From an uncultured Bacilli bacterium (GTDB lineage: Bacteria > Bacillota_I > Bacilli_A > RFN20 > CAG-449): a DNA stretch of 64,000 nucleotides. The position numbers were made by a program, and so were the translations under genes. Location of the stretch: NCBI GenBank assembly GCA_947591215.1, contig CANQCZ010000005.1, positions 1,630 through 65,629 of the forward strand, written 5' to 3'. The notes below the pieces were generated by a model. The model was not told where the DNA came from. It ran no database searches and was given only the letters and a program-made list of their open reading frames with translations. Numbering within the stretch: position 1 is the first letter of the stretch; every line of letters starts with the position of its first letter. Below, piece by piece: positions 50,422 to 60,702 of the stretch.

Positions 50422-51309
50422 TTAAACAGCAAGATCACTTAAGAAAAGATGTCCATCGATTTTAGGAGCGACACCGATTCCGATCGTTCCCGGTCCGGCA
50501 TGAGCGCAGACATTGATGGAAAGGGGTGAAAGATAAGCTTTGGCTTCGGGAATCATCTCTTTAACCAATTGCTGCAAACCATCGACCAATCCTTGGTTGG
50601 TGTCGAAACAGACGATGATAAAATCATATTTTTCGGAAGAATAATTTTCTTTTAACAATTTGACTTTTTCTTCCAATACTTGCTTTACTTTTCTGGTAGT
50701 TCCGTCTTTTTCGATTTTACCATCTTTGAAGATTAACACCGGTTTTAAACCGATAAAGTTGCCGATTGTGGCTACAGCCGGGGACACGCGACCGCCTTTT
50801 TTCAAAGCGTTGAGGTTTTCAGGGATAAAGTAAATGATTCCTTCATTAGCTCGCGCTTTGCAAGTTGCAACGATTTCTTCAACGCTCGCCCCTCTTTTAC
50901 ACATCTCCAAAGCGGTCAAGACATTAGAAAGCATTAAAGAACAGACGGAAAGTGAATCGATGACGATAACCTTGTCTCCGTATTTTTCTTGACACTGAGT
51001 GGTAAACAAAGTAAACATGCTCGATAGGTGACTAGAAATCGTAAAGTGAATGATTTTTTCATAACCTAAGGCGAAAATTTGATTGAAGTATTGTTCGATC
51101 TCATACGGAGTCGGGGTCGAAGTTTTAATGTCGCTGTTGGCTCTCATTTTTTTAGCAAGTTCATCGACTGAAATGTCGATTCCGTCGTGATATTCAACGC
51201 CGTCGACAATCACGTTCAAAGGCAATAAAAAGAGACCCAATTTTTGGGCTATATTGCGGTCTAAGGCGCAAGTTGTATCAGAACTGATTGCAATTTTACT
51301 ATTATTCAT
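50422..51309 (-). CDS. DegV-family fatty-acid-binding protein
   Basis: DegV fold sequence pattern. 295 aa. Confidence 0.8.
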   Translation of the reverse strand: MNNSKIAISSDTTCALDRNIAQKLGLFLLPLNVIVDGVEYHDGIDISVDELAKKMRANSDIKTSTPTPYEIEQYFNQIFALGYEKIIHFTISSHLSSMFTLFTTQCQEKYGDKVIVIDSLSVCSLMLSNVLTALEMCKRGASVEEIVATCKARANEGIIYFIPENLNALKKGGRVSPAVATIGNFIGLKPVLIFKDGKIEKDGTTRKVKQVLEEKVKLLKENYSSEKYDFIIVCFDTNQGLVDGLQQLVKEMIPEAKAYLSPLSINVCAHAGPGTIGIGVAPKIDGHLFLSDLAV

Positions 51310-51348
51310 AAAAACCTCCTCTTAAATAGTAGTTAAGTTGCAGATATT

Positions 51349-52800
51349 TTACATATCGACTTCTTTTACGGAATTAACCGTCACAATTTTCATAAAGTTG
51401 GTTTTGCTAGCTCCAGTAGGAGTACCTCCGGTTAAAATAATCGGAGAACCGGGTTCAATTCCCAATTGACGAGCCTTCATCAAAGCCAGAACTTCCATCT
51501 CTTCGATAAATTGAGGCATCGAAGGAATTAAAATCGGATAAACTCCCCAGTTTAAACAAGAAGCAAGACAAATCTGGCGTTTATTGGAAACGACAAGAAT
51601 TGGACAAATCGGTCGCGCTTTAGAAATGCGGGTGGGAGTTTCTCCGGTTTCCGATAACACCACGATAAGTTTAGCACCGATCAATAAAGCCGTATTGGCA
51701 ACGGAGTTAGAGATCGCGTCATTGTTATTTTTCATAGAAGTATCATAAGCTTCTTTGGCAAGTTTTTCATAATCCAAGTAATGCTCCATCTTTGAAGCGA
51801 TTTTGGCTTGCATTTCTGTAGCTAAAACCGGATATTCTCCAGAGGCGGATTCAGCGGAAAGCATCACCGCGTCAGAACTTTCAAGGACGGCATTAGCAAC
51901 ATCGCTCACTTCCGCGCGAGTCGGATTAGGATTGGATTTCATGGAATCGAGCATTTGTGTCGCGGTGATTACCGGTTTGCCGGCGATGCGGCATTTATTA
52001 ATCAATTCTTTTTGAATGACCGGCACTTCTTCCGCGGGAACTTCAACACCGAGATCGCCCCGAGCAACCATAATGCCGTCGCTAACTTTGATTATTTCAT
52101 CCATGCACTTTACGGCATTTGGATTTTCGATTTTTGAGATTATTTTAATGTCGGGACGATTGTGATCGGTAATGATTTTTCGAATCGCTTTTACATCGCT
52201 TGCATCGCGGACAAAACTTGCGGCGATGAAAGTAACGTTATGTTCACAACCCCAAACGATATCATCGTGATCTTTTTTGGAGATGTAGGGCATGGAAACA
52301 TTGGTATCGGGACAATTGACACCACGGCGATCTTTAATGACGTGATGGTTGACCGCTTTGGTGACTAACTCACGATTTTTCGAATCTTTTTCGATAACCA
52401 CTAAAGTCAAATTGCCATCATCCAACTTGATGCGATCACCGATTTTCACATCATCGTAAAGTCCTTCAAAAGTCACTGAGAAACGTTCGGCATTTCCGAG
52501 TATTTCTTTCATTGCAATGCGGACGATCTGATCGGTTTTAATCGAGGCGCTGCCGCCTTCAAAAAGATGAGTACGAATTTCAGGGCCTTTGGTATCTAAC
52601 ATGATTGGAATCAAGATTCCTTCTTTTTCTTCTAATTGTTTGGCAATTTCGATCTTTTTTAAATGATCTTCATAATTTCCGTGAGAAAAATTGATGCGCA
52701 TTACCGTCATTCCGGCATTATAGAGCTCTTTACATTTTTCGTAAGTGTCGGAAGCAGGACCGATGGTACAAACAATTTTCGTCTTCTTAGAAATATTCAT
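51349..52800 (-). CDS. pyk: Pyruvate kinase
   Basis: MNISKKTKIVCTIGPAS start with RBS AAGGAG. The supplied ORF is extended 12 codons upstream. Confidence 0.9.
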   Translation of the reverse strand: MNISKKTKIVCTIGPASDTYEKCKELYNAGMTVMRINFSHGNYEDHLKKIEIAKQLEEKEGILIPIMLDTKGPEIRTHLFEGGSASIKTDQIVRIAMKEILGNAERFSVTFEGLYDDVKIGDRIKLDDGNLTLVVIEKDSKNRELVTKAVNHHVIKDRRGVNCPDTNVSMPYISKKDHDDIVWGCEHNVTFIAASFVRDASDVKAIRKIITDHNRPDIKIISKIENPNAVKCMDEIIKVSDGIMVARGDLGVEVPAEEVPVIQKELINKCRIAGKPVITATQMLDSMKSNPNPTRAEVSDVANAVLESSDAVMLSAESASGEYPVLATEMQAKIASKMEHYLDYEKLAKEAYDTSMKNNNDAISNSVANTALLIGAKLIVVLSETGETPTRISKARPICPILVVSNKRQICLASCLNWGVYPILIPSMPQFIEEMEVLALMKARQLGIEPGSPIILTGGTPTGASKTNFMKIVTVNSVKEVDM

Positions 52801-52817
52801 ATGGCTCTCCTTATTTA

Positions 52818-53777
52818 TTATTTTATGGCGGTGCAAATGTTCAATAACTCGAGATTATCTTTTCGCTTCATTTTTAAAGCGACTTCAATTGGGGTAGCAG
52901 TTACTTTATTGTCGATGATGCCGATACAAAGTCCCCCATTTCCGTTAGCAAGTTGATTGATCGCTTCATAACCTAATCGCGCGGCTAAAATACGATCCGA
53001 AGCACTGGGTCTACCACCGCGTTGGATTCTTCCGAGCACTTCGGATTTACTTTCGATTCCGCATTCGTTTTGAATTTCGCGAGCGAATTCTTCGACATTG
53101 CAAATCTTCTCGGTGATGAGAACCATGACATGGTGTTTGCCTTCTTGAATTTGTTTTTTAATCGATTCAATAATCTCTTGTTTAGGAGTGGGGTGTTCGC
53201 TAGTGACGACGATTTCCGCTCCGCAGGCGATGCCGGCATAGACAGCGAGATCACCGCAATAACGTCCCATAACTTCAATTACCGAACAGCGTTGGTGGGA
53301 AGAAGACGTGTCGCGAAGTTTATCGACACAATCGACGATGGTATTTAAGGCAGTATCGAAACCGATGGTGTAATCACTGGAAGCGATATCGTTATCGATG
53401 GTTCCCGGTAATCCGACACAAGGAATACCTTTGCGCGAAAGAGCTAAAGCACCACTATAAGTGCCGTCACCACCGATAGTGACAAGAGCGTCGATACCGA
53501 ATTCTTTAAGAATTTCAACAGCTTTATTTTGTACGGCGTCTTCAACAAATTCCGGAAGGCGAGCAGTTCCGATGATGGTTCCGCCACGATTGATAATTTC
53601 GGAAACAAAATGACGATCGACTTTTTCTATGCGCTTTTCGATGATACCTTTATAACCATCGTAAATCACATACATTTCTAAGCCGCGGTCGATACCGGTT
53701 CTAATTACCGCTCGTAAAGCGGCGTTCATACCGGGAGCATCGCCACCTGATGTTAAAACACCGATTTTTTTGATCAT
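52818..53777 (-). CDS. pfkA: ATP-dependent 6-phosphofructokinase
   Basis: IGVLTSGGDAPGMNAA and GGDGS motifs. Confidence 0.95.
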   Translation of the reverse strand: MIKKIGVLTSGGDAPGMNAALRAVIRTGIDRGLEMYVIYDGYKGIIEKRIEKVDRHFVSEIINRGGTIIGTARLPEFVEDAVQNKAVEILKEFGIDALVTIGGDGTYSGALALSRKGIPCVGLPGTIDNDIASSDYTIGFDTALNTIVDCVDKLRDTSSSHQRCSVIEVMGRYCGDLAVYAGIACGAEIVVTSEHPTPKQEIIESIKKQIQEGKHHVMVLITEKICNVEEFAREIQNECGIESKSEVLGRIQRGGRPSASDRILAARLGYEAINQLANGNGGLCIGIIDNKVTATPIEVALKMKRKDNLELLNICTAIK

Positions 53778-53953
53778 AACAACTATACCTCCAAATTAAT
53801 AATTATATTTCCGTTGCTGCGGACTACTATCCTTATTTTAACATAGTAATTATTTATAAAGTTATACAATTATTTTAAAAAATGAAAATTGATAAAACCA
53901 AAATGGTAGAAATAGAATAATGGCTAATGATATAATAAATCACGAGGTTCATC

Positions 53954-55183
53954 GTGATGGATTTATTAAAAAAAGAAGACTACATGGAGATTTATTTGGG
54001 TTCGATGTTAGCCAGCTATGACTACGATACTTTAATATTACTTTATCAACCGATTGTCGGTTACCAAGCAATTTCTATTTATCTTACTATGTGGTCACAA
54101 TATAAAATGAAAAGTATCACCGAAACGCTATCGCATGAAGATTTTTTGAAATTAACCTCGATTACACTCACCGATTTTGAAAATGCAAGAGGAAAACTTG
54201 AAGCGATCGGACTAATGAAAACATATCGTAAAAAAGAAGCCAATGTTGTAACATATTGTTATAAATTGTACGCGCCTAAAACACCGGGAGATTTTTTTAA
54301 CGATCCGTTGTTTTGCAATCTTTACAAGTTGAACATTCCCGAAAGAATTTTTATGCGCAATAAAATGTACTTTGAAAAAGTAGAGCCGAATCTTGAAGGT
54401 TATATTGAAATGACTAAAACATTTCCGAAAATTTTCGGCGATTCAATTACAAAAGCTAATCCGAATTTGGTTCATTATAATTCTTTGAAAAATCGAAAGA
54501 TTCGTGATATTTCAAAAGGATTTGACTTTGCATCTTTTAATGAGGAACTGAAAATAAATTATCAGATCAATCCCGACTCGCTTCAAAATGAGGCCCATCA
54601 AGAGATTGAAAGAATCGCTTTGCTTTTTGGCCTTGATGAAAAAGTGATGGCGGATTTAGTCTCTCGTTCATATAATATCAATCAAATTCCGCACCTAGAC
54701 AATGAAAAATTATTATGGCTTGCGCAAAATGAAGGAATGATTCCGGTACGTAAGACGAAACGGAATGGAGTGGAACAATATGATGAATCTACGATTTTGG
54801 GACAAAAAATACAATTGATGTCGACTACTTCGGCATTTGATTATCTGAAATTGAAACAAAACAATACGATGCCTTCGACCGCGGATATCGATCTTATCAA
54901 TAAATTGAGCCGCAATCAAGGTTTGAATTCATCGGTCATCAACGCTTTGATCGATTACGTTTTAGAAACTCAAAATAACACTTTACCGCGTAAATACACG
55001 GAAAAAATCGCGGCATCATTGCAACGTGAAAAGATCGATAACTCTTTGGATGCCATGAACTATCTTTATGCCATCAGAAAAAAACAAAAAAAGGTGGTTA
55101 ATCATGCTGAAGAATCTTCCAATAGGGAAGAAGTTAGCGATAACGAAGTCGAAAATCTTAAAAAAATTCTAGAGGATGTGTAG
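53954..55183 (+). CDS. Replication initiation and membrane attachment protein (DnaD-domain, B. subtilis DnaB-like)
   Basis: DnaD-like repeats. Position upstream of dnaI. Confidence 0.65.
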   Translation: MMDLLKKEDYMEIYLGSMLASYDYDTLILLYQPIVGYQAISIYLTMWSQYKMKSITETLSHEDFLKLTSITLTDFENARGKLEAIGLMKTYRKKEANVVTYCYKLYAPKTPGDFFNDPLFCNLYKLNIPERIFMRNKMYFEKVEPNLEGYIEMTKTFPKIFGDSITKANPNLVHYNSLKNRKIRDISKGFDFASFNEELKINYQINPDSLQNEAHQEIERIALLFGLDEKVMADLVSRSYNINQIPHLDNEKLLWLAQNEGMIPVRKTKRNGVEQYDESTILGQKIQLMSTTSAFDYLKLKQNNTMPSTADIDLINKLSRNQGLNSSVINALIDYVLETQNNTLPRKYTEKIAASLQREKIDNSLDAMNYLYAIRKKQKKVVNHAEESSNREEVSDNEVENLKKILEDV

Positions 55184-56093
55184 TATGGATTATTCAAAGT
55201 TAATCAAAACGGATCAACATAAAATCGAAAATCTTAAAGAAGAAGCGTTAAGCAAAATCAAAGCCAGCCATCGTTTTGATATTTTTATCGCCGAAAATAA
55301 TCTTACCGATCAAGAAATCAAAGATAATGCGTCTAAATTTTTGACGTTGCTCAATAGTGAAGAGAATTGTAAATTCTGTAAATCTTTGAATGAATGTAAG
55401 AATCGCATTCCTCAAATTGTCCTCGACTTATCGTTTGATAAAGATACGCGAATGATTGATTTTGTCTATCATGTATGCGATAAAAAACGACGCTTTGAAC
55501 TTTTGGATGATGCTTTTTTGATTCGTGATTTTCCTAATCAAATGTTTGATTACAAGTTAAAAGATACGATACTTGTAAATGCTAAAATGAGAACCAAACT
55601 TGTTTCTTTTTTATCAAGTTGTCTTTTAAATGACGATATAAAATCATGTTATGTTCACGGTAATATGCGGATTGGCAAAACGTTTATTATGTCCTGCTTT
55701 GCTGTTGAATTGGCCAATCGCCATAAAACCAATATCGCGTTTATCAACTTTCCGAAATTTTGCGCTTCCTTAATCGATTTAGTATATAATGATAAAAATG
55801 CTTTTTACGAAGAACTTGAAAATGTCAAAAAAGCGTCGTTTCTTTTTATCGATAATTTTGGCAATGAATCCCGGACCGATTTTGTTAAAGACAGCATTAT
55901 CTATCCGCTGATTTTTGAAAGATTTTCAAATAATCTTCCGACATTTTACACATCAAATTACACATTAGAAGAAATTCAAACGATGCATAGTACCTCTAAA
56001 GCCGCATCTCCGCGTGCCAGAATGATGGTTGAAACGATTAGAAGTGATGCTAAACAATTCTATTTAGAAGGGTTACCGTATTACGCTAAATAA
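55176..56093 (+). CDS. dnaI: Primosomal protein DnaI (helicase loader)
   Basis: Zn-binding N-terminus with CKFCK. AAA+ Walker A HGNMRIGKTF. Walker B LFIDNFG. Confidence 0.8.
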   Translation: MCSMDYSKLIKTDQHKIENLKEEALSKIKASHRFDIFIAENNLTDQEIKDNASKFLTLLNSEENCKFCKSLNECKNRIPQIVLDLSFDKDTRMIDFVYHVCDKKRRFELLDDAFLIRDFPNQMFDYKLKDTILVNAKMRTKLVSFLSSCLLNDDIKSCYVHGNMRIGKTFIMSCFAVELANRHKTNIAFINFPKFCASLIDLVYNDKNAFYEELENVKKASFLFIDNFGNESRTDFVKDSIIYPLIFERFSNNLPTFYTSNYTLEEIQTMHSTSKAASPRARMMVETIRSDAKQFYLEGLPYYAK

Positions 56094-56136
56094 CATTATT
56101 TAATGGCTAGTGTCATAAAATTAACATGGTGATGCC

Positions 56137-56337
56137 ATGTTTTTTTATGAAAAAGGTGAGTTAATCGCGATGAAATTTATTTCCATTCCGATTTTGACCA
56201 ATGAAAAAATTGTGATTATTTATAAAGACTTTCGCCTAGTGATTACCGGTGAACATTTTTTGGCATCACTTTTTAGAAAAGAAGAAATTCACTTAAAAGG
56301 GAATTTTAAAACGTTGGAAATAAAATATGAAGAATAA
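56137..56337 (+). CDS. Hypothetical small protein
   Basis: 66-aa ORF; its stop overlaps the next gene's start. Confidence 0.3.
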   Translation: MFFYEKGELIAMKFISIPILTNEKIVIIYKDFRLVITGEHFLASLFRKEEIHLKGNFKTLEIKYEE

Positions 56338-57268
56338 ATATTTATATCGCTCAACAATTAAGTTTAAAGCAAAAGTATATTCTGCTAAAGTGTTGTTTGA
56401 ATATGCCAAAAATGAAAATATTGAATTGATTGACATGGTGCAGCTTGATGAATATCAGTATTCATTTGAAGTGCGATATCGTGATTTCAAAAAAATTCAA
56501 AAGAAATTCGTCGACTTAGAAATCATTGAATATCATGGACCAAGATTTATATTAAATCATCTTCTAAAACGAAAAACTTCGTTGATTGCTCTTGTGATTT
56601 CATTGCTGTTCTTTTATTATTTGACAACGTTAATCATCGGTATCAATATTAATGGCACTAGTGAAAAACTCAATCAGCAACTATTGATATCATTGAATGA
56701 AAAGGGGATCAATCGTTATGCCCAATTGCCGTCTGTCGAAACTTTAAAAACACTTCAAAAAGAATTATACAGTGAGTATCATGAAGCAATCGAACAGTTA
56801 GAAATCACCAAAAGCGGAAATTTTATCAATGTCACTTATGTGAGACGGCGAACTTACGATCCGCTTGAAGAGCGGCATGGCAAAATGTATGCCAAAAAAG
56901 ATGGCATGATCGATAAAATCGAAATTGGTTCGGGAGTGGTTTTAGTTACTCCAAATCAATATGTGACGAAAGGGACCTTATTAGTCGAAGATACCATATC
57001 CTTAAACGACAATCACTATGTGATCGGTACTTATGGTAAAATTTACGCCTACACCTGGAGTATCGTAACTGTGGAATATCATCATCATTTTGAAGAAGAA
57101 AGCGAAGTGATGAGTTATCTTATAAACTGCGCGCAATATGAAGTCAGCAAAGATTTTACCGATGAAGAAAGAATTGATGTTCAAGAAATTCTTTTCTTTC
57201 ACAATCAAAATTATCAAGCGACGCTTAAGGTACACTTTACTTTATACGAAAATATTATTATATTTTGA
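56327..57268 (+). CDS. Hypothetical membrane-anchored protein
   Basis: One TM segment (LIALVISLLFFYYLTTLIIGI), then a beta-rich domain. Confidence 0.4.
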   Translation: MKNKYLYRSTIKFKAKVYSAKVLFEYAKNENIELIDMVQLDEYQYSFEVRYRDFKKIQKKFVDLEIIEYHGPRFILNHLLKRKTSLIALVISLLFFYYLTTLIIGININGTSEKLNQQLLISLNEKGINRYAQLPSVETLKTLQKELYSEYHEAIEQLEITKSGNFINVTYVRRRTYDPLEERHGKMYAKKDGMIDKIEIGSGVVLVTPNQYVTKGTLLVEDTISLNDNHYVIGTYGKIYAYTWSIVTVEYHHHFEEESEVMSYLINCAQYEVSKDFTDEERIDVQEILFFHNQNYQATLKVHFTLYENIIIF

Positions 57269-57303
57269 TGATTTTTTGCCTATTGATAAATAGGTGATTA
57301 AAG

Positions 57304-58446
57304 GTGAAATATTGCCTACAATTAAATGAAGATGATTGCGGATTTTGTTGCCTTAAAAATCTGCTTTATCGATTAAGTCACGATAAGCGTTATCTTAGAT
57401 TATCGCAGGATTTAAAAAAAGGAGCTTATTCTTTTTTGGATCTTGTGACTCTATCAAAAAGTGAGGGTCTAGAATTAGAAGGCTATGAAGCAACCATCAA
57501 CGATTTACAAAAAAACGACATCGCATTAATTAAAGTTCAAAAAACGACACATTATATTTTGATCTTAAAATTAAGCAAGCGTAAAGTCACTTATTTTGAC
57601 CCGAAATACGGAATATTGAAAAATGATCTTGTATGGTTAAAAGAGCGATATTTAAACAGATTTTTAAGAGAAACAAATTATCATAAACAATTAAAGTTTG
57701 AAGAACGTCCGTATCATTTTAACTATTATATCTGCGTCTTGTTGTATTTGGAATTGATGGTTTTGATGAGCGCTTTGATTTATAGTGAACAAACAGTCGC
57801 CTTTATAGTTCACCTATTTTTTATTTTGAGTTTAGAGTTATTAAAAAGGTGTCTCTTAAAAAAAGAGATGAAACGAATCGATCAAACGATTATTACACCC
57901 TTTATTGAAAAGGTTGAAATTTCTAAAAGAGTCGACTTGATTTCATTGAAGAGTAACCTTATTAAAGAACGGTTAAAAAAACATTATGGCATCATCACGT
58001 TTATGGCTTTGACTTTCATTTTAATTATCAATGATTTAATGTATCTCGTTTTCCTTTTTATGTTTTTGACTTGGAGTTTAGTCTATTTTCATTTGATGAA
58101 ACGGATCAATCATGAAAAAATCGCTTTAAGTGAACTTGAAACACAGTTTTATCGAGATGTAGCTATCTTAAATGGTTATTTAAAAGCAACGGAAATCGCC
58201 GATAAAATCGAACGCAAGATGTTTGTTTACAATGGATTAAAATATCTCATCATTTTTTGTTTAACTTTAATCTATGCCTTTATTAAAAATAATCTGACGT
58301 TGAATTTCATCTTATTCAATTTTGGAATCTTCGCTTTTTTTATTGAAAACGCCAATTCTTTACTTATAAGTTTTGATAATGAGCATCAACTATTTCAAAG
58401 CGAAGCTCTTATCAATTCTTTTATTAAAACTTACCACAATATCTAG
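57304..58446 (+). CDS. C39-peptidase-domain polytopic membrane protein (no ABC ATPase domain)
   Basis: Q-x4-DCG (LQLNEDDCGFCCL), HYILIL and FDP match the Gln/Cys/His/Asp of C39 peptidases. Multiple C-terminal TM segments follow. Confidence 0.5.
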   Translation: MKYCLQLNEDDCGFCCLKNLLYRLSHDKRYLRLSQDLKKGAYSFLDLVTLSKSEGLELEGYEATINDLQKNDIALIKVQKTTHYILILKLSKRKVTYFDPKYGILKNDLVWLKERYLNRFLRETNYHKQLKFEERPYHFNYYICVLLYLELMVLMSALIYSEQTVAFIVHLFFILSLELLKRCLLKKEMKRIDQTIITPFIEKVEISKRVDLISLKSNLIKERLKKHYGIITFMALTFILIINDLMYLVFLFMFLTWSLVYFHLMKRINHEKIALSELETQFYRDVAILNGYLKATEIADKIERKMFVYNGLKYLIIFCLTLIYAFIKNNLTLNFILFNFGIFAFFIENANSLLISFDNEHQLFQSEALINSFIKTYHNI

Positions 58447-58476
58447 AGGAATATGGTATACTGAAAAAGGAGGAAC

Positions 58477-58893
58477 TTGCCGATGAATTTGTTATTTTTT
58501 TTGACGATGAAAAAAGATAGTGCTTATCTTTACGATGACGATACTTTAAGACAGACGCTTGAAAAAATGGACTATCATCGTTATTCGGTGTTACCAATCA
58601 TCACTCATGAAGGAGAATTTGTCGGAACTGTCTCCGAAGGTGATATTCTTAAATACATCAAAGATCAGGGACGCTTTTCGCTTCAAAAGGCCGAACAAAT
58701 CCATTTGATGGACATTGCCCGTTATCGTGAATACAAAGCGATTTCAATCAATTCCGAAATTGAAGATTTGGTGATTATGTCGCTTGATCAAAACTTCATT
58801 CCGATTGTCGATGATCGTAACATCTATATGGGAATGGTAAAGAGGCGCGCTATTATCGAATATTTTTATAAAAAAGCGATGAGCAATACATAA
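58477..58893 (+). CDS. CBS-domain protein
   Basis: CBS-pair pattern (VLPIITHEGEFVGTVSEGDIL and FIPIVDDRNIYMGMV). Confidence 0.7.
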   Translation: MPMNLLFFLTMKKDSAYLYDDDTLRQTLEKMDYHRYSVLPIITHEGEFVGTVSEGDILKYIKDQGRFSLQKAEQIHLMDIARYREYKAISINSEIEDLVIMSLDQNFIPIVDDRNIYMGMVKRRAIIEYFYKKAMSNT

Positions 58894-58987
58894 AGACGTA
58901 AAAATTCAAAAAATTTTTGAATAATTTTCTCCAAAATTATCTTTTTAAGTAATTTTATGCTATAATAACTGAGCAAAGAAACAAATT

Positions 58988-59929
58988 ATGAATGATATAA
59001 TAGATAAATTAATAAATAAGTTAAACAATGCAGAAATAAACATTTACTTGGTTAAGTTTAATGCAAAAAGCGAAAAAAATAACAATGCAGTATTGTTGCC
59101 AGGTGATATTAATGCTGCATTGATAAAAGATTATGAGCGATATTTACATGAATTTATTGATACAGAAACAAAAACTTATAATCCTAATGGAAATAGCAAT
59201 GATGTTTTGCCTCAGTTAATGTTATGTGCAATAGAAAAAAGATGGAAATTTATTTACAACGCGATTAACAAAACCGGTAATCTATCACAAAAAGATGTCG
59301 ATGCTTTAAATAATCAAGAAAAATTATCATATAACAATGGAGAGTTAAACTTATATGTTACAGAGATTAAAGACACAAGAGATAATAAATATTGCTATTT
59401 TGTGTCTAAATATCAAAATATTCAAAAAGTTTTAAAATTTAAAAAACTTTTTTTAGAAGAAAATGGTCAACTTAAGGAAAAGGAATCAAGGAAGGCTTTA
59501 ATTATAAATTGGAATGTGGATGTAATTATTTTGGATGATTATGTGTATCTTTTAAACGAAACTGAATTTAATAGTATTTTTAATTATGATGAAAACTTAA
59601 AAGAAATTGCCATGAAAACTGCGAAAGAACACATATCAAAATGGAAAATTTTTTATAGTAATGAAAAATTTTGCAATTTGCTCAATTACAAATACGGCTA
59701 TAGAGGTATTGCAAAAATTAGCGAAGATAATCACTATTTAACTGCTATTGAATCGTTTGATCCAAAAACTTTAAAATCTCGTATTTTAGAAAAATGCGGT
59801 GATGTTTTTAGCGAGGAAGATTTTAAAGATGATTTATTAAATGTAACAAAAAACAATGGTAAGAAGATTATTAATCTAATTTCGAAAGAATTGAAATACA
59901 ATATATTTGAAGATAAGGCAGAAAAATGA
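58988..59929 (+). CDS. Hypothetical soluble protein in the AT-rich islet
   Basis: 313 aa, very AT-rich. Its stop overlaps the downstream start (ATGA). Confidence 0.4.
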   Translation: MNDIIDKLINKLNNAEINIYLVKFNAKSEKNNNAVLLPGDINAALIKDYERYLHEFIDTETKTYNPNGNSNDVLPQLMLCAIEKRWKFIYNAINKTGNLSQKDVDALNNQEKLSYNNGELNLYVTEIKDTRDNKYCYFVSKYQNIQKVLKFKKLFLEENGQLKEKESRKALIINWNVDVIILDDYVYLLNETEFNSIFNYDENLKEIAMKTAKEHISKWKIFYSNEKFCNLLNYKYGYRGIAKISEDNHYLTAIESFDPKTLKSRILEKCGDVFSEEDFKDDLLNVTKNNGKKIINLISKELKYNIFEDKAEK

Positions 59930-60522
59930 AAAATATGATATATAAGGTTTTTTATTATTTAATGGCAGTTTGTTTTATGAATATTATATTCTTGATAAGA
60001 ATGTTCCCAAAATATATACTGAATCTTGAATATAGTATGGACATATGTTCTTGGGTCTGTTTTGGGCTAGTGGTTGCCTTAACATTAATTGGAATTATCG
60101 CATCAATTTTAATTGCTGCTACACCTTTAAAATTCAAGAAGAATACTCATGGTATTGAATTTAAAATAACTGATTTCAAAAACCAAACTGGCGAACAATA
60201 CTTTACTTACTTTTCTTTATTGGTTCTCACAGCATTTGCAATACCATATACGCAAATACTTTTTGATGTAATATTCATATTTTTGATACATACATTATTG
60301 TGTTTTATTTATATACAAGAAAATTTATTCTATATTAACCCGGTACTCATTTTGTTGAAATATAGGATATATGAATGTAAATGTATCAATGTAAAAACTA
60401 ATGATCCGAAATCAATTTATGTGTTTGCTAAAAATATACAATTAGAAATAAATAGGATTTTAAAATTAAAATCGTTAAATACAGACATAATAAGAATTAA
60501 AGAGAAAAAGACGACTAAATAA
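59926..60522 (+). CDS. Hypothetical 4-TM membrane protein, translationally coupled to the upstream gene
   Basis: Four hydrophobic segments. ATGA overlap with 58988-59929. Confidence 0.4.
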   Translation: MKNMIYKVFYYLMAVCFMNIIFLIRMFPKYILNLEYSMDICSWVCFGLVVALTLIGIIASILIAATPLKFKKNTHGIEFKITDFKNQTGEQYFTYFSLLVLTAFAIPYTQILFDVIFIFLIHTLLCFIYIQENLFYINPVLILLKYRIYECKCINVKTNDPKSIYVFAKNIQLEINRILKLKSLNTDIIRIKEKKTTK

Positions 60523-60702
60523 GCCGTCTTTTTTGTTATTGTGCACTTGCTCCTTTCTTATTGCACCAGTTTTTTGGCCCAAATTTTGGGAGCAAGTGCA
60601 TTGCAATTGGTCAATCGAGCAGATTTGAACTGCTGACCTATCGCTTAGGAGCAATCAAAAGGCTGTTTTTTTGCTTTTCAAAGAGTAAGCGAGGTATTTT
60701 TA

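Noticed and set aside
60590-60650. tRNA-like T-arm on the minus strand (AGCAG-TTCAAAT-CTGCT followed by CGATTGACCA)
   Set aside because: A full cloverleaf (D-arm and anticodon arm) could not be drawn and the acceptor/CCA register does not fit. It is at most an att-site remnant. It is mentioned under the islet finding but not called as a tRNA.
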